Of a stretch of 64,000 bases of DNA, positions 28,199 to 37,996 are shown in pieces. The DNA is from Escherichia phage JM10. The stretch's first letter is position 1. Every line of letters begins with the position of its first letter. The translations under genes and the position numbers were made by a program. The stretch is taken from the sequence record PP400777; one strand, 5' to 3'. The notes under the pieces were generated by a model. The model ran no database searches. It saw only the letters and a list, made by a program, of their open reading frames with translations, and was not told where the DNA came from.

Positions 28199-28504
28199 TT
28201 AATTTTTCCAACTTAACAACTTGTAGTGTCCTTCATTCATACGTGGTTTATCCCAAGAAATACTAATATATGATTCACCGTCAATAGAAGTCGCCGGGTT
28301 TTTCTCTACCGTAAGACCTTCACTTTCCAGCCATTCGATAGTATTTGCGCATAAATCAGAAGAACACCTCATCGGGAACCGGCAAGATTTTTCACCTTTA
28401 GCTGCAGTGTTATACATCTTTTCTAAAATACGCTTTTGCACGTTTTTAAAAATAGTTTCAGCAGATTCTTCAGATTTTTTATTCAGTTCAGTGTAAAGAC
28501 TCAT
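28199..28504 (-). CDS. hypothetical protein
   Basis: 101-aa ORF downstream of an early promoter. Confidence 0.4.
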   Translation of the reverse strand: MSLYTELNKKSEESAETIFKNVQKRILEKMYNTAAKGEKSCRFPMRCSSDLCANTIEWLESEGLTVEKNPATSIDGESYISISWDKPRMNEGHYKLLSWKN

Positions 28505-28532
28505 AATATTTTCCTCTGTGGTTGATAAGTCT

Positions 28533-28561
28533 ATAATATCATGTCCTTAGAAGAAGTAAAC
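28533..28561 (-). promoter_or_regulatory. T4-type early promoter
   Basis: GTTTACttcttctaaggacatgaTATTAT. Confidence 0.5.
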
Positions 28562-28595
28562 AACTTTATGAAATATTTTTATGCCCTAGATACCA

Positions 28596-28621
28596 AAAAG
28601 CCCCAACCATAAGGAAGGGGC
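28596..28621 (-). terminator. rho-independent terminator hairpin (repeat copy B, variant loop)
   Basis: GCCCCTTCCTTATGGTTGGGGC + T-run on minus strand. Confidence 0.5.
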
Positions 28622-28627
28622 ATTCTA

Positions 28628-29092
28628 TTATTTAATTTGTTTAGCAGACCAGATACGGTCTTTAATAAGTTTTTGGATATCTTCAACATACTCAAGGCTA
28701 TGAGCGTGAGGATTATCTTTGAAGCTATGTGCTCGTGCCAGTTTCTGGCCTTCTGTTTTGATTACTAAAAGCTCTTTAAGAATTGCTTCATACTTAGAAA
28801 TAATTCCTTTGGCGATATTTTTTTCTTGAGCTGCTTTAGGGTCTGCTTTTGGCGCAGGTGCTTTACCTGTAGCTTTCTGGAACAATTCACCTGATGCAGC
28901 TAGGCTTTTAAAAACTCGGCTAACAGTATTAGCATTAGTAAAACCTTCGGCTTTAAAATCTCTAATAAAACGGAAACGTTCTTCATCAGAGGCGTCTTTG
29001 TAAGAATATTTACCTGCTTGAATTGCTGCAATCGCAGCGGCTTTTACATCTGAACTAGATTGTTCAGTCAAAAATTCAGCGTATGATTTCAT
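28628..29092 (-). CDS. CTS-tagged candidate internal protein
   Basis: MKSYAEFLTE resembles the T4 capsid-targeting sequence; 154 aa. Confidence 0.5.
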   Translation of the reverse strand: MKSYAEFLTEQSSSDVKAAAIAAIQAGKYSYKDASDEERFRFIRDFKAEGFTNANTVSRVFKSLAASGELFQKATGKAPAPKADPKAAQEKNIAKGIISKYEAILKELLVIKTEGQKLARAHSFKDNPHAHSLEYVEDIQKLIKDRIWSAKQIK

Positions 29093-29137
29093 GTTGCTTT
29101 TCCTAAGTTAATTAACTTATCTATTTATTATTATGCC

Positions 29138-29164
29138 AAAAAGCCCCAACCTTTCGGAAGGGGC
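29138..29164 (-). terminator. rho-independent terminator hairpin (repeat copy C) ending the tRNA unit
   Basis: AGCCCCTTCCGAAAGGTTGGGGCT + TTTTT on minus strand. Confidence 0.55.
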
Positions 29165-29207
29165 TATATACCTTGTCGGGGTTCCACCTGCTAAGGCAAG
29201 TGTTTGT

Positions 29208-29299
29208 ACGAAACGCCGGGATTCGAACCCGGTTATTAAGCAGTTGACGCTACTCAATATTTTTAAAAGGCCATATCTCGACCATATCCGAACGTTCCG
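29208..29299 (-). ncRNA. tRNA-like RNA (92 nt) with canonical T-arm and acceptor stem but non-canonical core
   Basis: acceptor CGGAACG/CGTTTCG (one G-U); T-arm CCGGG-TTCGAAT-CCCGG; D and anticodon arms not resolvable by eye. Confidence 0.35.
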
Positions 29300-29472
29300 T
29301 CAAAAACGCTACTCGGCTTACGGCAAAGATATTTCCTCGAATCGATAATTCGGTGCGCCGTTTCTGCTGTGATGTAAGGGGATATTAACAAATCATAAAG
29401 ATTTATTAAGACCAGTCCTTACTCAGGGAACATCAGTCCGACGACTTACCGGTAGCGACCCGGCTTCTTATT

Positions 29473-29549
29473 TGGTCGAGGCAGAAGGATTCTAACCTTC
29501 AACCTACGGATTAGAAATCCGTTGCTCTATACAATTGAGCTATGCCTCG
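29473..29549 (-). tRNA. tRNA-Arg (anticodon UCU), CCA encoded
   Basis: hand-folded cloverleaf: acceptor CGAGGCA/TGCCTCG, D-stem GCTC/GAGC, anticodon stem ACGGA/TCCGT, loop TTTCTAA, T-arm GAAGG-TTAGAAT-CCTTC. Confidence 0.75.
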
Positions 29550-29555
29550 AATATA

Positions 29556-29629
29556 TGACCCAGACCAGATTCGAACTGGTAACCTTTCCCTTATGAGGGG
29601 ACTGCTGCTAACCATTGAGCTACAGGGCC
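29556..29629 (-). tRNA. tRNA with CAU anticodon (Met or Ile2-type)
   Basis: hand-folded: acceptor GGCCCTG/CTGGGTC (one mismatch), anticodon loop CTCATAA, T-arm ACCAG-TTCGAAT-CTGGT; 6 nt from tRNA-Arg. Confidence 0.65.
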
Positions 29630-29750
29630 TAAATAACTTTCTATTATGAAAGGCACTTTAGAGTACCTTTGGTAATAGAGGGTATGAATTAATAATAACA
29701 CATAATTCTTAAAGCAAATCAATCATTTTAACAGTTGGCAAAACGATTTC

Positions 29751-30035
29751 TCACCATATTTTGTATGTGTTCTGAATGCAATCAAGTCCTAAAGGATTCT
29801 TGAAAATATCATATTCAAGAGGGCCTTTTTCTGTTTCAATAAAGAAATCAAAGTTCACTGTATTAAATTTACGGTCTTCCCATAGTAATTTGACCTGTGA
29901 AGACGAACGGTCGATATAAACCTTTTCAACCTCAAAGTTAGTCAGAATACCGTAGTCATTAACTAGTGCTTTAGCTGCACGTTGATCGCTTTCGTATCCA
30001 TTCTCAACGGATTTTACCTTAGCGTAAAGAATCAT
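29751..30035 (-). CDS. hypothetical protein
   Basis: 94-aa ORF. Confidence 0.4.
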   Translation of the reverse strand: MILYAKVKSVENGYESDQRAAKALVNDYGILTNFEVEKVYIDRSSSQVKLLWEDRKFNTVNFDFFIETEKGPLEYDIFKNPLGLDCIQNTYKIW

Positions 30036-30394
30036 GAATGTTCCACCATTTCAAAGGTATGAGCATCAACAATATGATACCAGTCAAAATTTTCTTCTGC
30101 GTTTTTATAAATTTCGCGAAGAGCCTCAACAGTTTTTCCTGTAGCAACAAGGTCGTCAATACCGCCAAGAGGATAACAGTCATAACCAGCAAACAGAAGG
30201 AAATTAATAGTTTCTGTAGGTTCTGGATGCAGAACACCGTTATCGTCTACCACTTCAAAGAAAGTGTAAGAAGGAGTACAAGTTTTAATCCAAGCCCATG
30301 CTTGAGCCGCTGAATCAAATGGTCTGCGTATCAAACGACAATCAGGGTCTTTAGAAGGATTTGCTTCAAAATCCGCATATACGTGATATTTCAT
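30032..30394 (-). CDS. hypothetical protein
   Basis: about 120 aa from MKYHVY. Confidence 0.4.
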   Translation of the reverse strand: MKYHVYADFEANPSKDPDCRLIRRPFDSAAQAWAWIKTCTPSYTFFEVVDDNGVLHPEPTETINFLLFAGYDCYPLGGIDDLVATGKTVEALREIYKNAEENFDWYHIVDAHTFEMVEHS

Positions 30395-30395
30395 T

Positions 30396-30602
30396 TTACT
30401 CACCTTTTGCAATTTTATCCATAACGATAGCGATTAAGCCGATTAGAAATGCTACTACCAACGAGATAGAGTTTTCAGTTGTTGTCAGTAGTCCACAAAT
30501 GAATCCTACAAACATCGAAAAACTAAAAGCCATTGAAGCAATTACTACAGCAACATTACGAATCAGTTCAGCGCGTTTCATTTTATTTCTCCATTTACTC
30601 AT
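30396..30602 (-). CDS. small membrane protein
   Basis: 68 aa; two hydrophobic helices. Confidence 0.35.
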   Translation of the reverse strand: MSKWRNKMKRAELIRNVAVVIASMAFSFSMFVGFICGLLTTTENSISLVVAFLIGLIAIVMDKIAKGE

Positions 30603-30650
30603 TTGTTTTGATAGGACTACTATAACATAGCCCTATAGGCTTGTATACCT

Positions 30651-30914
30651 TTATTTCAAATATATTGCGTATTTTTTATAGCCACCAGGCTCGTGTCGAA
30701 GACCTTTATCATTCGCAAAACGTTGAATGTTATTGAACTGATTTTCATCAAGTTCGGATGTGTCAAATATGAAAAAGTTTCGTTTGTTACCAAGCGTGAT
30801 ATGCGGAGTTAAGTCAATGTTATACAAATTAAGAATATCAGCAATAACCTGATTGACCGCTTTGTTAATTTTCACACCAGACGATTCTGAGATGAATTCG
30901 TTGAAAGTTTTCAT
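30651..30914 (-). CDS. CTS-tagged candidate internal protein
   Basis: MKTFNEFISE CTS from the internal Met. Confidence 0.5.
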   Translation of the reverse strand: MKTFNEFISESSGVKINKAVNQVIADILNLYNIDLTPHITLGNKRNFFIFDTSELDENQFNNIQRFANDKGLRHEPGGYKKYAIYLK

Positions 30915-30946
30915 TTTAGGTTCCATTTGGTTGTTTTGATAGGACT

Positions 30947-30976
30947 ACTATAACATAGTCCTACCATGATGTAAAC
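30947..30976 (-). promoter_or_regulatory. T4-type early promoter in a PeSL-like cassette
   Basis: GTTTAC + 18 nt + TGtTATAGT; TAGGACTA..TAGTCCTA palindrome. Confidence 0.5.
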
Positions 30977-31287
30977 TATTTTATGCCTTTAGATGAAATA
31001 GTATTCTGGCGTTTGACCCCAGTTTGTGAAAAATCATGGTTATCAATTTGGTCAACTCGCATAACACCAAATGCGGATTTAATTTTGGCTTTTGAACCTT
31101 TTTTGATACTAATTATCATATAAGTATCATTTTTCTTATATTCGAAATTTGTTACTTCAACGCCTTGATTAGAAATTGACTTAATAATAGCATTAGCGTA
31201 TTCATCATCTAACGGACCGGTGGTGTTAATAATAAAATTTTTATCGGCTTTAGTAGCTTCAGCGATAAACTCTTGATAGGTTTTCAT
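30976..31287 (-). CDS. CTS-tagged internal protein at the ipI locus
   Basis: MKTYQEFIAEA CTS; 103 aa; immediately downstream of 57B as ipI is in T4. Confidence 0.55.
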   Translation of the reverse strand: MKTYQEFIAEATKADKNFIINTTGPLDDEYANAIIKSISNQGVEVTNFEYKKNDTYMIISIKKGSKAKIKSAFGVMRVDQIDNHDFSQTGVKRQNTISSKGIK

Positions 31288-31364
31288 TTTATTTCCTTGA
31301 GGTTGTTTATTTGATAGGATGATAGTAACACACCATCATCCTTATGTAAACTGTTTTGTGAAAA

Positions 31365-32050
<686 letters not shown>

Positions 32051-32054
32051 TTTA

Positions 32055-32789
32055 TTACCTTAAGATTGTTTCAATTTTAGAATAAAGCTCTTCTAAAGAG
32101 CCGTCGTTTGTAATAACTAAATCGCCTTCTTCAATAGGCAACCCAGCTTCTGTAATATGTTTATCAGTGGATTCCGTACCAGAGCGAACCACATGAATAA
32201 CTGTAGCACCCATCGCTCTAGCGGTTTCCATTTCATGGACTTGGCGTGTATCGGTTACAATATAGTAATCGAAATCACTTCCAATATAATCCATATAGTT
32301 TAATGCAAAAAGCTTAACCCAATACATACGGTCAAATAAATTAACGACAACATCCGTACCGAGGGCTTGCATAAGACGGCGGACTGACCATGTGTCGTTG
32401 ATATTATTTATAGCTTCACGCAGGACTTCATATGGTTTAATATCTAGATACGAATATCCGCCTTCTAACGATGATAATACTTTAACATTATTAATCGGTA
32501 AATATTGACTTTGCAAATAAATTAGCGCTTCTTCCAATAATTCAATAACATCCAACTTATTGAGATTTAATGGTGTTTCACGGTCATATCCAATGCCTTC
32601 AAAGTATTCGTATTTCAACTCTGTGAATACATCAGGATTTTCAGCATGCCTACGTCCCCAGGCTATTGCTAGAGCGTCTTTAATTGGATACGCTAATTGG
32701 TATTTTACGGATTTAAAGTTTGAATTGATGTAATCAGCAGTAGTGTCTTTACCGCTACGTTTGATGCCACTTAAAAAGATTAGCTCCAT
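32055..32789 (-). CDS. 1: deoxynucleoside monophosphate kinase
   Basis: LSGIKRSGKDT P-loop; matches T4 gp1. Confidence 0.85.
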   Translation of the reverse strand: MELIFLSGIKRSGKDTTADYINSNFKSVKYQLAYPIKDALAIAWGRRHAENPDVFTELKYEYFEGIGYDRETPLNLNKLDVIELLEEALIYLQSQYLPINNVKVLSSLEGGYSYLDIKPYEVLREAINNINDTWSVRRLMQALGTDVVVNLFDRMYWVKLFALNYMDYIGSDFDYYIVTDTRQVHEMETARAMGATVIHVVRSGTESTDKHITEAGLPIEEGDLVITNDGSLEELYSKIETILR

Positions 32790-32842
32790 AGGTTTTCCTC
32801 ATATAATTTATGAGTGATTATAACATACGGAGCTAGAAGCGA

Positions 32843-33427
32843 TTAACGCAAGGAAGGGTGTCTAGAAATGGATTTAGATTCGACCGCTTGACGTGGTTGT
32901 TGAGATACAATGACTTCACCATCTTTTTCTATCGTCATATACGCATAGTGAATAGTTGCTACGCACGTAACGGCCGGGTCAGAATCTTCAGTGTAACTAA
33001 ATTCAATTTCGCTCAGATCGGAAATCCATGGTTTATAGAAATTCGCCGTCAAAACTACTTCAGTCTTATTGTTGTTTAAAATGTGCAAAGTAACAAACTC
33101 AGGGCCATCGGAGTGTGCAGTATTATGTCCGGTTATATAGTTATTAGTGCTGAGCATCCATTTATACATGTTCATCCAGGACGTCATGTCTTCATCAACT
33201 ATAAATCGTACAACAAAAGGGTCATATTCAAATGTGGTGCCTGCACGCATTGCACGTCCTAACCCCATTGTGCCTGTCACAGTTTCAACAACAGGAATTC
33301 TCACACCTGGCAACGGTGCCGTTTGGGCATTGAGCACAAAACCTGAAGTTCGTGTACTATCTGGGATATCCACAACAAAGTTTGTTATATTTGTTTGGTT
33401 AAAAATCTGTCTCGTTGGACGAGTCAT
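32843..33427 (-). CDS. 3: tail completion / sheath-stabilizer protein gp3 (by position)
   Basis: about 194 aa between genes 1 and 2; start at ATG after GAGGTG RBS. Confidence 0.5.
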   Translation of the reverse strand: MTRPTRQIFNQTNITNFVVDIPDSTRTSGFVLNAQTAPLPGVRIPVVETVTGTMGLGRAMRAGTTFEYDPFVVRFIVDEDMTSWMNMYKWMLSTNNYITGHNTAHSDGPEFVTLHILNNNKTEVVLTANFYKPWISDLSEIEFSYTEDSDPAVTCVATIHYAYMTIEKDGEVIVSQQPRQAVESKSISRHPSLR

Positions 33428-33529
33428 AAGCACCTCAAAAACGCTTTAATAAAAATGCAGTATAATGGTTTTAGGTCTCTTCCATTAATCTGGTTCAACA
33501 GAATATCAGAAGAACGGAAGAGAATAGAA

Positions 33530-34351
33530 TTAAGATTTCCAAACAGTATTCGCAGAGAAACGTTTTCCTTTTGACATAAACTGCTGAGTAGGTAACATGA
33601 TTATGTTAGCCCAGTCTTTAGGAGCTATTTCTGTTATTGTTCCTCTAATGTGGCCTGGCAAGTATGCTTTAATCATTTTGTCAGCACCTTGAAATCCTTT
33701 CACCTTGCTCCAGTCTATCTTCAACTTTGTGTTATTAGTAATAGTAGTTGTGCTAGCATATTGCTTCAGCAATTCTTCAAGAAACTGTTGTCGTGCTTTA
33801 GGTGGGATATAGTGCAAGTTTAACCCATACATCAAATTATGTTTACCTAATCCTAAATAAATAATCAAAGGATATCTGTCCCAGTATGGCAGAGTATCTT
33901 TATGTTTAGCATCATACACGTAAGTATAAATTTTGCCTGGCGTAGGCTTGACTACTTTATGACCTTTTACACTTTTCTTAATTGTTTCAACAAACCACTT
34001 AGATGATTTGTTGTTTACTGCTGCGCCTTCATTTCTAATCTTTTCTCGTATTGAACTGCGAAACGAGTTTATCATCAGAAGTTGACGTTCTTGCTTATTG
34101 AGTTTATTTTTAGGTTTAGATTCAAGCGTTTCAATTTTCTGTGCAGTCTTAATAGATGATGCATATCTAGACATTGCAGATGTAAACGACGAGTATTTTA
34201 TTCCTTTTGATTCTGCAAATGCTTTTGCAGTGATTCCTTTCTCTTTAGCTTTCTTGTATTCTAATCCTATCTCAATCCATTTTCTTTCATTCATAGACTG
34301 AGCAATCTTAGGGGCTTGTACGCCTTCAGATATAATTTGGAATATGCTCAT
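33530..34351 (-). CDS. 2: DNA end protector protein gp2
   Basis: 273 aa; position and size as T4 gp2. Confidence 0.7.
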   Translation of the reverse strand: MSIFQIISEGVQAPKIAQSMNERKWIEIGLEYKKAKEKGITAKAFAESKGIKYSSFTSAMSRYASSIKTAQKIETLESKPKNKLNKQERQLLMINSFRSSIREKIRNEGAAVNNKSSKWFVETIKKSVKGHKVVKPTPGKIYTYVYDAKHKDTLPYWDRYPLIIYLGLGKHNLMYGLNLHYIPPKARQQFLEELLKQYASTTTITNNTKLKIDWSKVKGFQGADKMIKAYLPGHIRGTITEIAPKDWANIIMLPTQQFMSKGKRFSANTVWKS

Positions 34352-34353
34352 AA

Positions 34354-34803
34354 TTACCCCTTGTATCCGAGTTTTCTAAGACCATCTTCGGTTAGAACTC
34401 GAAATTTTATATTTCTCTTTTCAGCAACAGCTGAGGCAGCTTTCCATTTGTCGCAGTTCACAGACCAGGTATATATTTCATTCATATAACGTTTCTTTGC
34501 TGCAGTCGTAAGATTTGCAGGCTTAATAGGTGGTTGAGTTTCTTTCTTTGGTTTTATTTCTACAAAGAACTCTTGACCTGATGCATCTTTCATCCATATG
34601 TCCATATAGTATCGACGTTTCTTACCTTCAGCATTACAAAAATATGGAATTACTGCTGTTTCACTACCCCATGCAATAATTTCTGGATTTTTATCCAACC
34701 ATTCGAAAAAGAATTTTTCCCAGTTTGAACGATACGTTATTTTGGTATGGTCTCCACGGTATTTTTTTAAATTTTTTGGGACCCATTTACCAGAGTAGGC
34801 CAT
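34354..34803 (-). CDS. 4: head completion protein gp4
   Basis: 150 aa from [10 protein letters not shown]; upstream extension in the ORF track rejected. Confidence 0.7.
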   Translation of the reverse strand: MAYSGKWVPKNLKKYRGDHTKITYRSNWEKFFFEWLDKNPEIIAWGSETAVIPYFCNAEGKKRRYYMDIWMKDASGQEFFVEIKPKKETQPPIKPANLTTAAKKRYMNEIYTWSVNCDKWKAASAVAEKRNIKFRVLTEDGLRKLGYKG

Positions 34804-34814
34804 GTTGTCCTCCT

Positions 34815-34822
34815 TATAAATA
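34815..34822 (+). promoter_or_regulatory. T4 late promoter TATAAATA for gene 53
   Basis: exact TATAAATA about 40 nt upstream of the gene 53 start. Confidence 0.6.
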
Positions 34823-34864
34823 GTATTATTATTTATACCAATTTCATATTGGAAGGAGACTATC

Positions 34865-35440
34865 TTGTTATTTACATTCTTCGACCCAATAGGATATAGT
34901 GCTAAAACAGTTGATAAGAATGCACCTACTATTCCTATGACAGACATATTTCGTAACTATAAAGAGTACTTTAAGCGTGTTGCTGCCAATTATAGATTAC
35001 GTTCTTATTATATTAAAGGCTCTCCACGTCCTGAAGAACTAGCAAACATAATTTATGGCAACCCTCAATTATACTGGGTCCTTTTGATGTGTAATGATAA
35101 CTATGATCCGTATTATGGTTGGATTACATCTCAGGAAGCAGCGTATCAAGCTTCTATTCAGAAATATGCTAATGCAGGCGGCGACCAAATTCTTTACCAT
35201 ATTAATGAGAACCGTGAGAAATTTTACAATTTAGTTTCATATCCAGACGAGCCTTTAGTGTGGTACGATAAAGGTGATGAAGCTCGTAAGTATCCGCAAT
35301 ATAAAGGACCTTTAGCTGCAGTAGATACTTATGAAGCGGCAGTATTAGATAATGAAAAACTTCGTAAAATAAAAATTGTTGCAAAAGAAGATATAAACTC
35401 GTTTATCACAGATTTGATTCGTGAGATGGAGATTGCATAA
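34865..35440 (+). CDS. 53: baseplate wedge protein gp53
   Basis: 191 aa; apparent TTG start after a GGAGA RBS. Confidence 0.8.
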   Translation: MLFTFFDPIGYSAKTVDKNAPTIPMTDIFRNYKEYFKRVAANYRLRSYYIKGSPRPEELANIIYGNPQLYWVLLMCNDNYDPYYGWITSQEAAYQASIQKYANAGGDQILYHINENREKFYNLVSYPDEPLVWYDKGDEARKYPQYKGPLAAVDTYEAAVLDNEKLRKIKIVAKEDINSFITDLIREMEIA

Positions 35441-37173
35441 TGGAAATGATTAGCAGTAGCCTTAATTGGTTCGTGGGTGTTGTCGAGGACAGAATGGACC
35501 CATTGAAACAAGGGCGTGTTCGAGTACGAGTCGTAGGCCTGCATCCAGCACAGAGAGCACAAGGTGATGTACAAGGTATTCCTACAGAAAAACTTCCATG
35601 GATGACTGTTATTCAACCTATTACGTCTGCATCAATGTCAGGTATTGGTGGTTCTGTTACAGGTCCTGTTGAAGGAACTCGAGTATATGGTCATTTCTTA
35701 GACAAATGGAAAACAAACGGGATCGTACTTGGTACATACGGCGGAATCGTACGTGAAAAGCCTAATAGACTTGAAGGTTTTTCGGACCCGACAGGCCAGT
35801 ATCCACGACGTTTAGGTAATGATACGAACGTATTAAACCAAGGTGGTGAAGCTGGTTATTATTCAAACTCTAACGTAATTCAAGATAACAACTTGGATTA
35901 TGGTATAAACCCAGACGATACAGATTTAGCAAATATTCCAGAAGATGATGACCCTAATTTTACAATAACAGAAATGTTACGTCGTGACGAAGGTCTTCGT
36001 GATAAAGTGTATTGGGACCATCTCGGATATCCTACCGTAGGTATTGGACACCTTATCGTAATTGAAAAGACCCGAGATATGTCTCGAATTAATAAATTGT
36101 TATCTGATCAAGTAGGGCGTGAAGTAACAGGAAATCCCGGGACCATTACATTAGAAGAAGCAACAGCGTTATTTGAGAAGGACCTTGCTAAGATGCAGAA
36201 AGACATTCGTTCTAATTCTAAAGTAGGTCCTGTTTATGCTAAAATGAACAGATCTCGCCAAATGGCATTAGAAAACATGTGCTTCCAAATGGGCGTTGGT
36301 GGTGTAGCAAAATTCAATACTATGCTTAAAGCAATGGCCGAAGGCGATTGGAAAACTGCATACAAATCTGGACGCGATTCATTATGGTTCCAACAGACTA
36401 AAGGACGCGCTTCACGTGTAACAACAATTATTTTAACTGGTAACATGGAATCATACGGTGTTCCTGTTAAAACACCACCTTCACCAGGAGTTGGTGCTGA
36501 TTTAGTTACTAGAAATACCAATCCAGAAGACCCAGCCGGTCCTCCTGTTCCATTAGATTCACGCATCCTTTTTAAAGAACCGGAATCAAGTTATCGTGGT
36601 GAGTATCCATACGTTCATGCTATGGAAACAGAAAGTGGTCATATCCAAGAATTTGACGATACTCCAGGTAATGAACGTTATCGCTTAGTTCATCCAACAG
36701 GGTCATATGAGGAAGTTTCTCCGTCTGGGCGTCGTACTCGTAAAACTGTAGAAGACCTTTTTGACATCACTAATGGTGATGGAAACTTCTTGATTTCTGG
36801 CGATAAGCTTGTTAACGTTGGTGCTAATGAAATATATTATAACATGGCAGACCGCCTCCATCAAATAGACGGCAATGACACAATCTTTATTCGTGGTAAC
36901 CAATCTAAAACTGTTGAAGGCGATGGAACTCTTTACGTTAAGGGTAATATCAAAATAGTTGTTGACGGAAATGCAGATATTCTTGTTAAAGGCGATGCTA
37001 AAACTCAGGTCGAAGGGAATCATGATTACACTGTCAACGGAAACGTTAAATGGACCGTTAATGGTAATGTTGATATGACTGTTGCCGGGGATTGGGCAGA
37101 AACAATGTCTACAATGAGCTCAGTAGCTTCAGGACAATACACTGTTGACGGATCTCGTATTGATATTGGGTAA
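35440..37173 (+). CDS. 5: baseplate hub / tail lysozyme gp5
   Basis: 577 aa; lysozyme motif DEGLRDKVYWD..GYPTVGIGHL; C-terminal beta-helix repeats. Confidence 0.9.
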   Translation: MEMISSSLNWFVGVVEDRMDPLKQGRVRVRVVGLHPAQRAQGDVQGIPTEKLPWMTVIQPITSASMSGIGGSVTGPVEGTRVYGHFLDKWKTNGIVLGTYGGIVREKPNRLEGFSDPTGQYPRRLGNDTNVLNQGGEAGYYSNSNVIQDNNLDYGINPDDTDLANIPEDDDPNFTITEMLRRDEGLRDKVYWDHLGYPTVGIGHLIVIEKTRDMSRINKLLSDQVGREVTGNPGTITLEEATALFEKDLAKMQKDIRSNSKVGPVYAKMNRSRQMALENMCFQMGVGGVAKFNTMLKAMAEGDWKTAYKSGRDSLWFQQTKGRASRVTTIILTGNMESYGVPVKTPPSPGVGADLVTRNTNPEDPAGPPVPLDSRILFKEPESSYRGEYPYVHAMETESGHIQEFDDTPGNERYRLVHPTGSYEEVSPSGRRTRKTVEDLFDITNGDGNFLISGDKLVNVGANEIYYNMADRLHQIDGNDTIFIRGNQSKTVEGDGTLYVKGNIKIVVDGNADILVKGDAKTQVEGNHDYTVNGNVKWTVNGNVDMTVAGDWAETMSTMSSVASGQYTVDGSRIDIG

Positions 37174-37176
37174 TAT

Positions 37177-37692
37177 ATGGCACAAATACTTCCTTTAAAT
37201 ACCGACTTAGGAGAAGACATGGAAGGGGCGTCTATTGACGTCCTTTTTACTCCACAGTTAGAAACATCCGAAACTTTAGTGTCAATAAATATAACAGATT
37301 ATGAACCGACACAAGGCATTACGGTAGATGGTAATCGTTTATATGGAACATATGAAAGTGTGTTTAGCTTTTCTTCGGATGCATTGAAATACCGATTAAA
37401 TGATGATTTTGAAACCGCATCTTCATGGGATGATTTACCAAAAGATGAATCCACACAGTTATATTTGTGGAGGGCTCCTCAGAATCTTCGTAAAGTGTTT
37501 AGTTATACGGTTGAAATGATTTATAACTACCAAGAAGAAAGTTCATCAGGCGGTTCTAGAAGTGACTCTGGTACAGAACCTCCACCGGCTCCAGTACAAA
37601 AAACTCTTACTAAGGTTTATACAAAAACTATAGTAGGAAATTGGAGCAAATGGGCTCATCAATTACGAAACTATGTTTATGTGAGGCCGTGA
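37177..37692 (+). CDS. gp5.1-like protein
   Basis: 171 aa between genes 5 and 5.4. Confidence 0.5.
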   Translation: MAQILPLNTDLGEDMEGASIDVLFTPQLETSETLVSINITDYEPTQGITVDGNRLYGTYESVFSFSSDALKYRLNDDFETASSWDDLPKDESTQLYLWRAPQNLRKVFSYTVEMIYNYQEESSSGGSRSDSGTEPPPAPVQKTLTKVYTKTIVGNWSKWAHQLRNYVYVRP

Positions 37693-37694
37693 AA

Positions 37695-37988
37695 ATGTCT
37701 GGCTTAAGTTACGACAAGTGCATTACAACAGGTCATGAAGCGTGGCCTCCTACTGTAATAAATGCTTCCCAATCTAAAGTGTTCACCGGCGGTATTCCTG
37801 TTCTTGTGGCAGGAGACCAAATAACACCTCATACAGAAATTAAAAAACCATACGAGACTCATGGAGGTGTTACTGAACCTCGTACATCTAAAGTATACGT
37901 CACCGGTAAAAAGGCCGTTCAAATGGCTGACCCAATTTCATGCGGGGATACTGTTTCTCAGGCCTCGTCAAAAGTCTTTATAAAATAG
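37695..37988 (+). CDS. 5.4: PAAR-like spike tip protein gp5.4
   Basis: 97 aa from MSGLSYDKC. Confidence 0.6.
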   Translation: MSGLSYDKCITTGHEAWPPTVINASQSKVFTGGIPVLVAGDQITPHTEIKKPYETHGGVTEPRTSKVYVTGKKAVQMADPISCGDTVSQASSKVFIK

Positions 37989-37996
37989 GAATTAAA

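Noticed and set aside
29300-29472. A third canonical tRNA in the non-coding stretch between the tRNA-like RNA and tRNA-Arg
   Set aside because: Could not build a cloverleaf by eye (no T-loop consensus or acceptor pairing); left as unresolved structured RNA pending tRNAscan-SE.
34804-34947. N-terminal extension of gene 4 reaching into gene 53
   Set aside because: The extension overlaps the late promoter and gene 53 start on the other strand; an internal ATG at 34803 with an RBS gives the expected 150-aa gp4.
36234-36566. Minus-strand ORFs inside late structural genes (for example 36234-36566, 48106-48429, 61807-62151, 62467-63051)
   Set aside because: They lie antisense within long, well-supported plus-strand genes (5, 12, 22, 23) and have low-complexity composition; shadow ORFs.
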